Assembly (NCBI GenBank): GCA_900543215.1
Contig: UQQR01000005.1
Coordinates: forward strand, 18,769-82,768
From: an uncultured Oscillospiraceae bacterium
GTDB taxonomy: Bacteria > Bacillota > Clostridia > Oscillospirales > Acutalibacteraceae
DNA: 64,000 bases
Direction: 5' to 3'
In this document: positions 39,204 to 49,440 of the stretch, one piece after another
Numbering within the stretch: position 1 is the stretch's first letter
Layout of the letters: each line of letters starts with the position of its first letter
Made by a program: the position numbers and the translations under genes
The notes under the pieces: model-generated
Seen by the model: only the letters and a program-made list of their open reading frames with translations
What the model was told of the DNA's origin: nothing
Database searches by the model: none

Positions 39204-40268
39204 TTATTTCAAGAGATGCGTCCAACCGTGCGTATCCTCAAGCTTACCCCACTGAATACCGGTAAGCGTATCGTAAAGATGCTGTGTTACCTCGCCTATC
39301 TTGCCGTCGTTAATGGTGTACTTAACGCCCTTATAGCAAAGCTCGCCTATCGGGGAGACAACCGCGGCTGTACCGCAGCCCCACGCTTCCTCAAGCTTGC
39401 CGTTTTTAAGCGCCTCGCCGAGCTCGTCTACGCTTAAAAGCCTTTCGCTTACATTATATCCCTTTTCCCTGAGCACTTCAATGCAGGATTTCCTTGTAAT
39501 ACCGGGGAGAATGGAACCTGTAAGCTCTGGGGTGACTATTTCGCCGTCAATCTTGAACATAACATTCATAGCGCCGACTTCCTCGATGTACTTGCGCTCC
39601 ACACCGTCAAGCCAAAGCACCTGTGAATATCCCATTTCTTCCGCTTTTTCGCCGGCTCTGTTGCTTGCGGCATAGTTTCCGCCGCATTTTGCATACCCCG
39701 TGCCGCCTCTTACAGCTCTTACATCCTTATCCTCAATCATAATCTTTACCGGATTAAGACCCTCGGCATAGTAACTGCCGACAGGCGAAAGAATGATTAC
39801 AAATGTAGCGTGATGAACGGCGTGAACGCCCAAATTTTCATCGTTTCCGAACATAAACGGACGGATGTAAAGCGATGTGCCCTCCTCGGACGGAGTCCAG
39901 TCCTTTTCAAGACCTACAAATGTATCGAGTATCTGCAAAAAGTCCTCCTCGGGTATCTGCGGAAGACAAAGCCTTTCGGCTGAATTGTTCATTCTGCGTA
40001 CATTCTCTATCGGGCGGAAAAGCTGAACCTCGCCGTCCGCGCGGCGGTACGCCTTAAGTCCCTCGAATATTTCGGAGCCGTAATGCAAAACGGTAGAAGC
40101 CGGATGAAGCGAAATATTACCGAACGGTATGATTCTTGCGTCATGCCATCCGTCCTCACGGGAATAATCCATCATAAACATATGGTCGGTGAATATTTTA
40201 CCGAAGCCGAGCTTACTGCTTTCCGGCTTTGCCTTCGGGGACGAAGTTTTTGTTATTTTGATTTCCAT
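39204..40268 (-). CDS. ilvE: branched-chain amino-acid aminotransferase
   Basis: Start reassigned to MEIKITK, which is preceded by AAGGAAGTG. It aligns with the IlvK/YbgE N-terminus (KLGFGKIFTDHMFMMDY). Confidence 0.85.
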   Translation of the reverse strand: MEIKITKTSSPKAKPESSKLGFGKIFTDHMFMMDYSREDGWHDARIIPFGNISLHPASTVLHYGSEIFEGLKAYRRADGEVQLFRPIENVRRMNNSAERLCLPQIPEEDFLQILDTFVGLEKDWTPSEEGTSLYIRPFMFGNDENLGVHAVHHATFVIILSPVGSYYAEGLNPVKIMIEDKDVRAVRGGTGYAKCGGNYAASNRAGEKAEEMGYSQVLWLDGVERKYIEEVGAMNVMFKIDGEIVTPELTGSILPGITRKSCIEVLREKGYNVSERLLSVDELGEALKNGKLEEAWGCGTAAVVSPIGELCYKGVKYTINDGKIGEVTQHLYDTLTGIQWGKLEDTHGWTHLLK

Positions 40269-40423
40269 TTTTAAGACACTTCCTTGGGTGCGCCTACTGC
40301 AAGTAATATTGCACAAGCGCTTTAGAATATATTTAATAATACTGCCAAAAAAACGGTTTTTCAAGTGTTAAATTGCAAAAATAACAAATTGTTAATTTTT
40401 TATACAAATTCGGTGCTTTTCCT

Positions 40424-40615
40424 TTATATAAATAGAGTACAACCCTGTAATTTGAAGTATTCTATTTTTTTATTTATAAGCTCCTCGGAAACACCCAGCT
40501 CCTTTGCAAGGCATTTGCGGCACATAAACCGTGTGCTTCCCCTGTTTATGAATTTTTTATATGCCCCTATATCGTTATGCTCAAGCTCTTTTCCGCAATT
40601 AATACAGGCAGACAT
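40424..40615 (-). CDS. small zinc-ribbon protein (CxxC...CxxC)
   Basis: 63 aa. CINCGK...CRKCLAKEL. Its start overlaps the GH27 stop. Confidence 0.45.
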   Translation of the reverse strand: MSACINCGKELEHNDIGAYKKFINRGSTRFMCRKCLAKELGVSEELINKKIEYFKLQGCTLFI

Positions 40616-41760
40616 TATTTTTTCACGACCTTACATCTGTAAACAAGGCAGCCGTACGGCTCTATATCGTGAATAAACGCGCCGTTCGTAACCGTTACCG
40701 TCTCATCATCCCAAACATTTTCAAGCTTAAGAGTTCTGTCTGTGCTTTCGGGAATACCAAGCTCGTCTATAGTCATACGAACCGCAGCCTTTTCTCCGCC
40801 GAAATTAAACATACCCACTGCTATATCACCGTTTTCAAGATTGCGCGCGTAAATTTTTACATTATCGTTCCAGAAGTTGGGGAGCTTAAATACCTGACGG
40901 CAATCCTTATCCTGGTTAATTTTTATAAGCTCCTTATTGGTAAGAATACGGTGGGTTTCCTCATTCATATTTCTTATATCGCAGCCTATCATAAGCGGCG
41001 ATCCCATTAAAGCCCATATTGAGAAATGGGTCTTATACTGCACATCGTTAAGTCCTTCAAGACCGACATTGCCCTTGCCGTACATTCCCACAACCAGCAT
41101 ATCCATATCGTTAAAGCAACCCGCTCCGCCGTAAGGAAGTATGGCATCCTGCTCCTCGGTAAGCTTTTTAATAGATTCCCAGGTATCAAAAATATCGCCT
41201 GTTGAGCGCCACATATTCGCACCCGTTTCACGCATCCACTCGGCTGTGTTGTCCGCTCCCCACGAGCAGGCGCTGAAGAGAATATCCCTGCCGCAGTTCT
41301 TAAGCGCAAGACCCATACGGCGGTAAAGATATTTGCCGTGTATAATATTGCTGTGATAGCAATAATCGTATTTAAGGAAATCCACGCCCCATTCAGCGAA
41401 GGTTTCCGCGTCTGTAAATTCGTGTTCAAAGCTTCCGGGGTATCCGGCACAGGTAAGATTTCCGGCACAGGAATACATACCGAACTTAAGACCCTTTGAA
41501 TGAACATAATCGGCAACGGATTTCATACCGTGCGGGAATTTTTCGGGATCGGCAACCAATCTGCCGTCCTTGTCTCTTTCTTTAAGCGACCAGCAGTCAT
41601 CAATAACCAAATAGTCGTAACCGGCGTCCAAAAGACCTGTTTCGACCATTTTATCCGCTGTTTCAAAAATCAGCTTTTCGTTTATATCGGCTCCGAATGT
41701 GTTCCAGGAATTCCAACCCATAGGTGGCGTATTTTTTATCATTTTCTTGACCTCCGACAA
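40615..41760 (-). CDS. GH27 alpha-galactosidase
   Basis: PPMGWNSWNTFG and DYLVIDDCW motifs of the melibiase/GH27 TIM barrel. Confidence 0.8.
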   Translation of the reverse strand: MSEVKKMIKNTPPMGWNSWNTFGADINEKLIFETADKMVETGLLDAGYDYLVIDDCWSLKERDKDGRLVADPEKFPHGMKSVADYVHSKGLKFGMYSCAGNLTCAGYPGSFEHEFTDAETFAEWGVDFLKYDYCYHSNIIHGKYLYRRMGLALKNCGRDILFSACSWGADNTAEWMRETGANMWRSTGDIFDTWESIKKLTEEQDAILPYGGAGCFNDMDMLVVGMYGKGNVGLEGLNDVQYKTHFSIWALMGSPLMIGCDIRNMNEETHRILTNKELIKINQDKDCRQVFKLPNFWNDNVKIYARNLENGDIAVGMFNFGGEKAAVRMTIDELGIPESTDRTLKLENVWDDETVTVTNGAFIHDIEPYGCLVYRCKVVKK

Positions 41761-41859
41761 TAAATATTGTAAAATAAGTATATTGCAAAAAAATGTTATT
41801 TTCTATAACCTTTTATTGCATTTATATGGATTTTTGTTTCAAAAAAGGAGTGTGGTTGG

Positions 41860-42654
41860 GTGACCGTAGATTCCGAGTTCATATCTGCCGGCCGCAGGGA
41901 CTGCTCCGATATGCACTCTTGGGGACCGGGCACCAGAACCTGTTATGTGGTGCATTACATAATTAAGGGTAAGGGAACTTTTTTAAAAAACGGTAAGGCT
42001 TACCTTGCTGAGTGCGGGGAAAGCTTTGTTATACGGCCGTTTGATAATATTGCGTACTTCCCCGATGAAAACGACCCTTGGGAATACACCTGGATTGACT
42101 TTTCGGGCGAGCAGTATGCTTCTCTTTTTAAAAATATCAATTACCTAAGAGGAGATTGCATTATAGGAGGTATACCGAAAAAAAGGCTTCTCCCCTTTTT
42201 TGAAATGCTGTGCGGTATGGACCCGTACCCGTCAGACATTAATACCGCAAGGGGACTTTTGCTCACAGTTTTGGGAATATATGCGGACACCTTTCCGAAA
42301 ATTACCGAAAACAGCCGTGAAAGCTATTTTGATACCGCCTGCCGCTTAATTCAGCAAAACTTTTACAAGGACGAGCTTGACCTTGGCGTTATGTGCGATT
42401 TCCTCGGTGTGAGCCGCTCCACTTTGCACAGATGCTTTATGAATATGTGCGGAATTTCACCGGGGGCGTATCTTACAAAATACAGGGCCGCCAGAGCAAA
42501 AGAACTTTTGGAGCACGGCGTATCGGTAAAATCAACCGCGCTTTCCTGCGGCTTCAGCGATCCGCTGTATTTTTCAAAATCGTTTAAAAAAGCCTTCGGA
42601 ATATCACCGAACGAATACAGAAAAAAGTTTTTAATCAAAAATAAGGAACAATAA
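41860..42654 (+). CDS. AraC-family transcriptional regulator (cupin + HTH)
   Basis: C-terminal AraC HTH (LGVSRSTLHRCFMNMCGISPGAYLTKYRAARAKELL). It is divergent from the GH27 gene. Confidence 0.8.
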   Translation: MTVDSEFISAGRRDCSDMHSWGPGTRTCYVVHYIIKGKGTFLKNGKAYLAECGESFVIRPFDNIAYFPDENDPWEYTWIDFSGEQYASLFKNINYLRGDCIIGGIPKKRLLPFFEMLCGMDPYPSDINTARGLLLTVLGIYADTFPKITENSRESYFDTACRLIQQNFYKDELDLGVMCDFLGVSRSTLHRCFMNMCGISPGAYLTKYRAARAKELLEHGVSVKSTALSCGFSDPLYFSKSFKKAFGISPNEYRKKFLIKNKEQ

Positions 42655-42655
42655 A

Positions 42656-43996
42656 ATGGAAAAAAATCTTACCGACGGCAGTGTTTTTAAAAACCTGGCA
42701 TTTTTTTCACTGCCGTATCTGCTGTCTTATTTTCTTCAGACCCTTTACGGTATGGCAGACCTTTTTATTATAGGCAGCTTTGACGGCACAGCCGCAACCA
42801 CATCCGTTTCGGTAGGCTCGCAGGTTATGCATATGCTTACCGTAATTATAGTGGGACTTGCCATGGGTTCTACCGTAAGCATAGGCAACGCCGTTGGTGC
42901 CGGCGACCGTAAAAAAGCGGCAATATATATCGGCAACACCGTTACGCTTTTTATGGCGCTTTCTTTGGTTCTTACGGCGGTATTGGTTATAGTTGTAAAG
43001 CCTATTGTAAACGCTGTTTCCACCCCCGCGGAGGCGGTGGACGGCGCCGTTAAATATCTTACAATCTGCTTTCTCGGAATACCGTTTATCACAGCATACA
43101 ATATAATAAGCTCGATTTTCAGGGGTTTGGGCGACAGTAAAAGTCCTATGTATTTTATCGCCGTTGCCTGCGCCTCAAATATTGTTCTTGACTATTTGTT
43201 TATCGGCGCTTTTGATATGGGACCTGCCGGCGCCGCGCTCGGAACAACGCTTTCACAAGGGCTTAGCGTTGCCGTATCGCTTTTTGTTATATTAAAACGC
43301 CGTTTGGGAATAGCGCTTAAAAGAACCGCTCTTAAGCCGCTTGGCTCCGTTACGGGAAAAATACTTAAAATCGGCGTACCGATAAGCCTTCAGGACGGTT
43401 TTATTCAAATATCCTTTATACTTATTACCGCAATTGCCAACCGCAGGGGTCTAACCGACGCCGCCGCGGTCGGAATAGTTGAAAAAATAATCGGTTTTGT
43501 GTTTTTGGTGCCCTCCTCAATGCTGTCCGCGGTATCGGCGATCGGGGCGCAAAATATCGGTGCCGGCAAACCGAAAAGAGCGATATCCACACTCGGTTAT
43601 GCCATAATAATCTCCTCGGTATTTTCGATAACGGCGGCGGTTACGGTTCAGTTTGCCGCAAACGGCATGGTAGATCTTTTTACGGACGACAATGCCGTAA
43701 TCCTGTCTGGCGGTCAGTATTTAAAGGGTTATATATGGGATTGCTTTTTCGCCGGTATACATTTCAGCTGCAGCGGTTATTTCTGTGCGGCGGGTAAGTC
43801 CGGATTTTCGTTTTTACACAATCTGATTTCAATAATTCTTGTCCGTATACCCGGCGCCTATATTACTTCAAAGCTGTTTAAAACTACTCTTTTGCCGATG
43901 GGACTTTCCTCAGCAGCAGGCTCGCTTTTTTCCGTTATTATATGTGCTGTCATAATGGCTGTTATGCTCAAAAAAGGTAATTACAAATCAGCTTGA
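42656..43996 (+). CDS. MATE-family efflux transporter
   Basis: 446 aa, 12 TM helices, with a typical MATE N-terminus (LAFFSLPYLLSYFLQTLYGMADLFIIG). Confidence 0.85.
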   Translation: MEKNLTDGSVFKNLAFFSLPYLLSYFLQTLYGMADLFIIGSFDGTAATTSVSVGSQVMHMLTVIIVGLAMGSTVSIGNAVGAGDRKKAAIYIGNTVTLFMALSLVLTAVLVIVVKPIVNAVSTPAEAVDGAVKYLTICFLGIPFITAYNIISSIFRGLGDSKSPMYFIAVACASNIVLDYLFIGAFDMGPAGAALGTTLSQGLSVAVSLFVILKRRLGIALKRTALKPLGSVTGKILKIGVPISLQDGFIQISFILITAIANRRGLTDAAAVGIVEKIIGFVFLVPSSMLSAVSAIGAQNIGAGKPKRAISTLGYAIIISSVFSITAAVTVQFAANGMVDLFTDDNAVILSGGQYLKGYIWDCFFAGIHFSCSGYFCAAGKSGFSFLHNLISIILVRIPGAYITSKLFKTTLLPMGLSSAAGSLFSVIICAVIMAVMLKKGNYKSA

Positions 43997-44316
43997 AAAT
44001 ATCGGTACCAAAAAATTTTAGCTTAATTTGTTGATAAAAAGTGTTATGATTTTCCGTATATATCTCAATAAAAAAATGCCTCAACCATGCGCTTGCATTT
44101 TGAGACACTCAAATATCAAAACAATTCACTCGTCCCGCAGGAACGAATTACATTAAAAAAAATCAAAAATCCGAACGCGTCACCATTGATGACAATGTTC
44201 GGATAATTTGACTTTGTGAAGACAGGACAATAGAGATGTTTTTGCGTTTTCACTGTCTTGATTTGAACACTCGTCACAATCATTCTACATCACTCCGTTT
44301 CTGTTTTCAAGGCTGT

Positions 44317-45954
44317 TTACAGCGTCATCTCGATTTCGGTGCCGCCGATAAAGACCACCTTGATTTTCTCTTTTGATTCCACCACTATGCATTCGATGAT
44401 CTGACGGACGAGCTTATCGTCATATTCCATTGGGTGATTTTGCAGTCCGTCAAGTATGGTAAAAATTTCATCGAGTCGGGATTTTGCGCTTTCTCTTTTT
44501 TGGCGCACGGCTGCATACTGTTCGAGCTGTACTGTCAATCTTTGCTTTTCATTCATCAGCTCGGTGATGCGTTCCTCATCGATGCCGTCTGCATTGTCGG
44601 CAGATACCGCCTTGAGCATTTTCTGAAACTCGGCGTCGATTTCGGCAATGCGTATCTGAATATCGAGGGTTTTATCCTCGGTGACTTCATCCGTAAGCCC
44701 CATGCCGATATGAATTTTCAGTGTTTTCAGCACCTCGACATTTTGTTTTGCCGTCTGCATGATGGCTCTCATAACAGCGTCTTGCAGCAGGGTTTCCTCA
44801 ATGCTCGGCGAGTGGTGGCAGTATTTCTTGCCGTAGTCAAGTCGGTTAATGCATCGCCATACGATTTTTCTCTTGCCCTTGGCAGTCCATGTGCATCGGC
44901 GGTAAGGCGTTCGGCATTCGCCGCATATCAGCAGTTCGCTCAGCGCATATCTGCTTGAATAGCGGCTCAGTTCGGTTTTCGTGCCTTTTTGCTTGACCTT
45001 CGGCTTGCCGGAGCGCCGTGCTATTTCCTCCTGGACTCTTGCGAAGGTGCCTGCGTCGATAATCGCAGGGTGGTTGTTCTCAATATAGTATTTGGTCCTC
45101 TCGCCGTTGTTTGCCTTGACTCTCTTGCTGATGCAGTCGGACACATAGGTTTTGTTTATGATGGCGTCGCCTTTGTATTTCTCGTTTGTGAGGATAGAGC
45201 GAATGGTTTCCTGCCGCCATACACTGCATCCGGCAGGCGTCGGGATCTCTTTTGCTTCGAGATAGCATTTGATTCCGTACAGGCTCTCGCCGGATAGGTA
45301 TTGCTCATATATTTCTCGTATAATCTCGGCTTCTTCGGGGACGATTTCGATTTCGCCGTCTGCGTTTTTAGAGTAGCCGAGGAAGTGTTTGCATTGGAAT
45401 GGCACATTGCCTTGCTTGGCGCTCTGTGCTTTGCCCCATTTGACATTGGCACTGATGTTCTCTGATTCGCTTTGGGCTATCGAGCCGTATATGGTGATGT
45501 AAAATTCCGATGCAGGATCGATGCTGTGAATACCTTGTTCCTCGAAGTACACATCCACATTGATCTCTCGGAGCTTCCTCGTTATCTTGATAACATCGAG
45601 GGTGTTTCGGGCGAATCGGCTGATAGATTTTACGATAATCATGTCAATCTTGCCCTTGTAGCAGAGACGGAGCATTTTATTGAATTCGTCACGCTTTTTC
45701 ATGCTTGTTCCCGTAATGCCCTTGTCAGCGAATATACCCACAAGTGACCATTTCGGCTCGGTGCGTATGCGCTCCTCGTAATGGGTACGCTGTACCTCGT
45801 AGCTGTTTAGCTGCTCATCCTGTTTGGTGGATACTCGGCAGTAGGCGGCAACTCGAAGCTGTCGGTAGCTCTGCGTGATAGCCGCTTTAGTGTCTATCGT
45901 TGCTGGAATAATGCGGACGGTTTTTTGGGGCTGTACGCTTGTTGCTTGCATCAT
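44317..45954 (-). CDS. large serine recombinase
   Basis: LRVAAYCRVSTKQDEQ catalytic-Ser motif, with resolvase, recombinase and zinc-ribbon domains. 545 aa. Confidence 0.85.
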   Translation of the reverse strand: MMQATSVQPQKTVRIIPATIDTKAAITQSYRQLRVAAYCRVSTKQDEQLNSYEVQRTHYEERIRTEPKWSLVGIFADKGITGTSMKKRDEFNKMLRLCYKGKIDMIIVKSISRFARNTLDVIKITRKLREINVDVYFEEQGIHSIDPASEFYITIYGSIAQSESENISANVKWGKAQSAKQGNVPFQCKHFLGYSKNADGEIEIVPEEAEIIREIYEQYLSGESLYGIKCYLEAKEIPTPAGCSVWRQETIRSILTNEKYKGDAIINKTYVSDCISKRVKANNGERTKYYIENNHPAIIDAGTFARVQEEIARRSGKPKVKQKGTKTELSRYSSRYALSELLICGECRTPYRRCTWTAKGKRKIVWRCINRLDYGKKYCHHSPSIEETLLQDAVMRAIMQTAKQNVEVLKTLKIHIGMGLTDEVTEDKTLDIQIRIAEIDAEFQKMLKAVSADNADGIDEERITELMNEKQRLTVQLEQYAAVRQKRESAKSRLDEIFTILDGLQNHPMEYDDKLVRQIIECIVVESKEKIKVVFIGGTEIEMTL

Positions 45955-46817
45955 GCTGATTTCTCCTTTCCGATCCTCTGACCGTTTATAAGTACAAGGC
46001 TTATCGTGCCGTTTCCTTTCAGGTGGATCTCGCTGACTGCCTGGTCTGTTAAGTCGCTATCATAGGCTGTCAGCGGCGACACAGTCTTGAATATATCTTT
46101 TAGGCTTTGAGCCGTGATTTCTTCCGTGCCAAGGCTCGTGTATTTTTCGCTCACGCAAGTGAGCATTTTTTGCTTTATGGCTTCCTTATCGAAGCTGACA
46201 GTGTTGAGTGCCTTTGATATCTCTGCGTTTAGCCGCTCTATCTCTTGACTTTCCTCATGGTCGGACTTCGGTATCTGAATGCTTTCGGGATCGGCAATGA
46301 CTTCGTTGAGCAGCTCGGTAATGCCGTCAAGCATATCCTCATCGCTTATATTGACCGAGGCTTTGCATTCGGGGCATTGCCACCATGTAGTTGCCTTGCG
46401 GCGTCTGTCAAAGCGCCTATGCATTCTGCCGCCGCAGTTGGGGCAGACGACCGGAGCGTTCAGCGTGAAGATGCCCTCACTATAATTTACATCCTTTTGG
46501 GTATTTTTCTTTGCTTTGATGCTCTGCATGGCTGCATATTCTTGCTCGGTCAGTATCGGCGCATAGCCGCCATCGCCTATATAGCGCTTATCCTCAACAA
46601 TTCGCTTTATGCGCGACCTGTTCCAATCGGTCTTGCCGGACATATACTCAATGTGTTTTGCGGTCAGCATTTCGGCGATAGATTTCAGCGACTTGCCGCT
46701 GAGATATTGCTCGGCAATCTCTCTGACGGTGTCGGCTTCAGCTTCGTTGATGATTATGATGCCGCCGCTTAAGGCATAGCCAAGTGGTATGTTTCGATGA
46801 TTCATGCTTGGTAGCAC
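45951..46817 (-). CDS. serine-recombinase paralog lacking the N-terminal catalytic (resolvase) domain
   Basis: 288 aa. It begins directly in the recombinase domain (GYALSGGIIIINEAEADTVREIAEQYLSG) and has a zinc ribbon (CPNCGG...CPEC). It is flanked by overlapping full-length paralogs, so there is no room for a missing N-terminus. Confidence 0.7.
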   Translation of the reverse strand: MLPSMNHRNIPLGYALSGGIIIINEAEADTVREIAEQYLSGKSLKSIAEMLTAKHIEYMSGKTDWNRSRIKRIVEDKRYIGDGGYAPILTEQEYAAMQSIKAKKNTQKDVNYSEGIFTLNAPVVCPNCGGRMHRRFDRRRKATTWWQCPECKASVNISDEDMLDGITELLNEVIADPESIQIPKSDHEESQEIERLNAEISKALNTVSFDKEAIKQKMLTCVSEKYTSLGTEEITAQSLKDIFKTVSPLTAYDSDLTDQAVSEIHLKGNGTISLVLINGQRIGKEKSA

Positions 46818-48361
46818 CGTCCTTTCTCACGGATTTTTTCGGACAGGCTGATACCGCCTACAAGGTGGAAGGTCAGCAGTTCACTGCTTTCCACCGTGAT
46901 GCTGTCAACCGTTTGCTCGAAGAGTTCGGCATCGAAGCCTATGCCGATTTCGACTCCCTTGAGAATGTCGTTCAGCATTTTCAGTTCATCCAACATCTCA
47001 TTCTCATCGCTGTCGGTAATTTTTGCTCGGCGTTCGATCCGCAGCTCGGTTATCTTGTTTTCAAGCACATCGGATTGTGCCGTGTAGTCTGCGGCGTTCA
47101 GCACTCCTTTGCCATGCAGACGGGAGAGTACGAGGTTCTGTGCCGTAAGGTCTGCAATCTCACGGTCGATTTCCTTTATCCGCTGCTGACTGCCCGTGGT
47201 GCGGTATTGCAGTTCTTCAAGCTGCCGTATAAGTGTTCCGAGCAGGTATTCTCGATTAGCTTGCACCTTTCTTATCATAAGGCTAAAAGTGGCGTACACC
47301 TCGTCCTCTTTTACTCTGCGCCAAGCACAATCTGTCTTGTTGGTTGCTTTTGCTGCACATAGCCAATATGCTGTACCGTTTACAACCTGACGGCGGAAGG
47401 TGTGACCGCAATCGGGGCAGAGAAGCGTTCTTGTAAGCGGATAGTTTTTGGCTTTCCGCTTGCAGCTCGGCTGTCGGCTTTTAATAAGAGCCTGCACCGC
47501 CTCATAGGTTTCTCGGCTCACGATGGCAGGGTTGCTGTTTTCTACATAGTACATAGGCTGTTCACCGTGGTTGAGCTGCTTTTTGAACGGCAGGGTTTGT
47601 GTGGTGATCTGCTTTTGAAGTAAGGCATCGCCCTTATACCTTTCGTTGTTTAGGACATAGTTCACGGTGGTGTGATGCCATTTTTCACGGCCGTACTGTC
47701 TGCGTACACCCTCGTTATTGAGAATGTTTGCTATGGTCTGCATACCGACGCCTTGCAGGTAGAGATCAAAAATCCGGCGAATGACAGCCGCTTCCGTTTC
47801 GTTGATTACAAGCTTGCCGTTGATAAGGTCGAAGCCGTAAGCCGGAGCGCAGCAGTTGAATTCGCCGGATTCCATTCTCTTTTTATAACTCCACCGCATA
47901 TTCTGCGATATGGACACGCTTTCCTGTTGGGCAACCATGCCGGGGAAGGTAGCGAACATCTCGCTGTTCATTGACTTGGTATCAAGCCCCTGTTCCTCGA
48001 AATATACGCTGACTTCCATTTGTTCAAGCGCTCGGAGTGCCGTCAGCATTTCCTCGGTGTTTCGGGCGAAGCGTGACATGGATTTTACGATGATGCGGTC
48101 TATCAGACCTTTTTTGCAGTCCCGCAGCATTCGGCGGAAGTCATCTCGCTTTTCCATGCTTGTGCCTGTTATACCTTCGTCCGCATAAATGTCTACGAAT
48201 TTGTATTCGGGATGCCGTTTACAGTATTCGGAGTAGTATTTGATTTGTGCGGCGAAGGAGTGAAGCTGATCGCTTGAGTCGCTCGATACTCGGCAGTAAG
48301 CCGCAAGCCGTATTTGTGGCGGCGCCGGTTTTTGCCGTGTGATTTCGGTTATTGTTTTCAT
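46802..48361 (-). CDS. large serine recombinase
   Basis: Start at MKTITEI (RBS AAAGGAG, 9-nt spacing). IRLAAYCRVSSDSSDQ catalytic motif. Confidence 0.85.
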   Translation of the reverse strand: MKTITEITRQKPAPPQIRLAAYCRVSSDSSDQLHSFAAQIKYYSEYCKRHPEYKFVDIYADEGITGTSMEKRDDFRRMLRDCKKGLIDRIIVKSMSRFARNTEEMLTALRALEQMEVSVYFEEQGLDTKSMNSEMFATFPGMVAQQESVSISQNMRWSYKKRMESGEFNCCAPAYGFDLINGKLVINETEAAVIRRIFDLYLQGVGMQTIANILNNEGVRRQYGREKWHHTTVNYVLNNERYKGDALLQKQITTQTLPFKKQLNHGEQPMYYVENSNPAIVSRETYEAVQALIKSRQPSCKRKAKNYPLTRTLLCPDCGHTFRRQVVNGTAYWLCAAKATNKTDCAWRRVKEDEVYATFSLMIRKVQANREYLLGTLIRQLEELQYRTTGSQQRIKEIDREIADLTAQNLVLSRLHGKGVLNAADYTAQSDVLENKITELRIERRAKITDSDENEMLDELKMLNDILKGVEIGIGFDAELFEQTVDSITVESSELLTFHLVGGISLSEKIREKGRCYQA

Positions 48362-48481
48362 CTGCGTTTTCTCCTTTCCGCAAGGGGTTTCCTTGCTGTT
48401 CTGCCTTTTGGCAACACAAACAATACCACAGGAGTTCGAATACATCCAGCACTATTTTTCGGAAATTTGCGAATTAAGATT

Positions 48482-48638
48482 TCAGACACAAACGACCTCG
48501 GTGTCATAGTATTCCGCGCTGATTCGGGTGATCCTTTCGTACTCGTCCTCGGTTATCAAATTCATATCAAGCAGCATTCGCAGAAGGTTTACGCCGTAGG
48601 CAAATGATGCGTTGTTGATGTCGGTTCTTTTATCCATT
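48482..48638 (-). CDS. 52-aa ORF overlapping the 3' end of the mazF-like gene (possible cognate partner)
   Basis: Own translation: MDKRTDINNASFAYGVNLLRMLLDMNLITEDEYERITRISAEYYDTEVVCV. It overlaps the toxin stop by 9 nt. It is not in the ORF track because it is under 60 aa. Confidence 0.3.
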
Positions 48639-48995
48639 GAGCAGCCTCTCCAAGTATTTGATGCCGAGGCTTACCACAATGGCACGGTCAACGGCGGCGA
48701 GGGTCTTGCTGTCGAGCCTGCCGATATACTCGCCGAGCCGTGCTTTGTCTATCGTTCGGATTTGTTCGAGCAGGACGGTGGATTCGGTTTTAAGCCCTTT
48801 CGCCATGATTTTCACATGGGTGGGCAGAGCTGTTTTTGTCTTTCTGCCTGTGATCGCCGCCACGATGGTGGTGGGGCTGTGCTTATTGCCTGTATTATTC
48901 TGTAAAATCAAAATAGGGCGGATTCCGCCTTGCTCACTACCGAAGCCTGCGCCGAAGTCGGCGGAATAGATTTCACCTCGTTTAATCTCTTTCAT
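48630..48995 (-). CDS. MazF/PemK-family endoribonuclease toxin
   Basis: Start at MKEIKRGEIYSADFG (RBS ACGGAGGT). PemK fold signature ...GSEQGGIRPILILQNNTGNKHSPTTIVAAIT. Confidence 0.7.
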   Translation of the reverse strand: MKEIKRGEIYSADFGAGFGSEQGGIRPILILQNNTGNKHSPTTIVAAITGRKTKTALPTHVKIMAKGLKTESTVLLEQIRTIDKARLGEYIGRLDSKTLAAVDRAIVVSLGIKYLERLLNG

Positions 48996-49440
48996 AGTTG
49001 ACCTCCGTTTAAGTAAAAGGCGGCCGAGTGTTTTTGGGCAAACGACCGCCTTGGTATTTGTATCAATCGTTCTTGGTTCTGTCCGTATTTGTCCACGACG
49101 CCCCGAACAAGGGAACACATCCTCCGGTCATGCATTTGACCTCATTGGAATCCCACCACTCCCAGGATCTCTGCGAGGCGCCCTCATTGGCTGCGACGGT
49201 TTTATCACGCTCGGCCTGTGACTGGACGCAAGTATCTTTAATGCTTCTGCCTGTCATGGCCTTCGGTGCGGATGCGCCGCACCGTCCGAGAAAATCCCGT
49301 GTGGCTCATCGGTTTCCCGACAGCAGAAGGAAGGTAAAGGATGCGCTGTACTATTCGGTTTTCAAAGAACGGGCGGAGGCTATAGAGAAAGCCCCCTCAC
49401 TTTCCATGCCGAAAAGTTGAGGGGGCTACAACCAATTATT

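Noticed and set aside
46245-48188. Multiple 60-190-aa plus-strand ORFs over the recombinase array
   Set aside because: They are antisense to three well-supported serine-recombinase genes and have no motifs.
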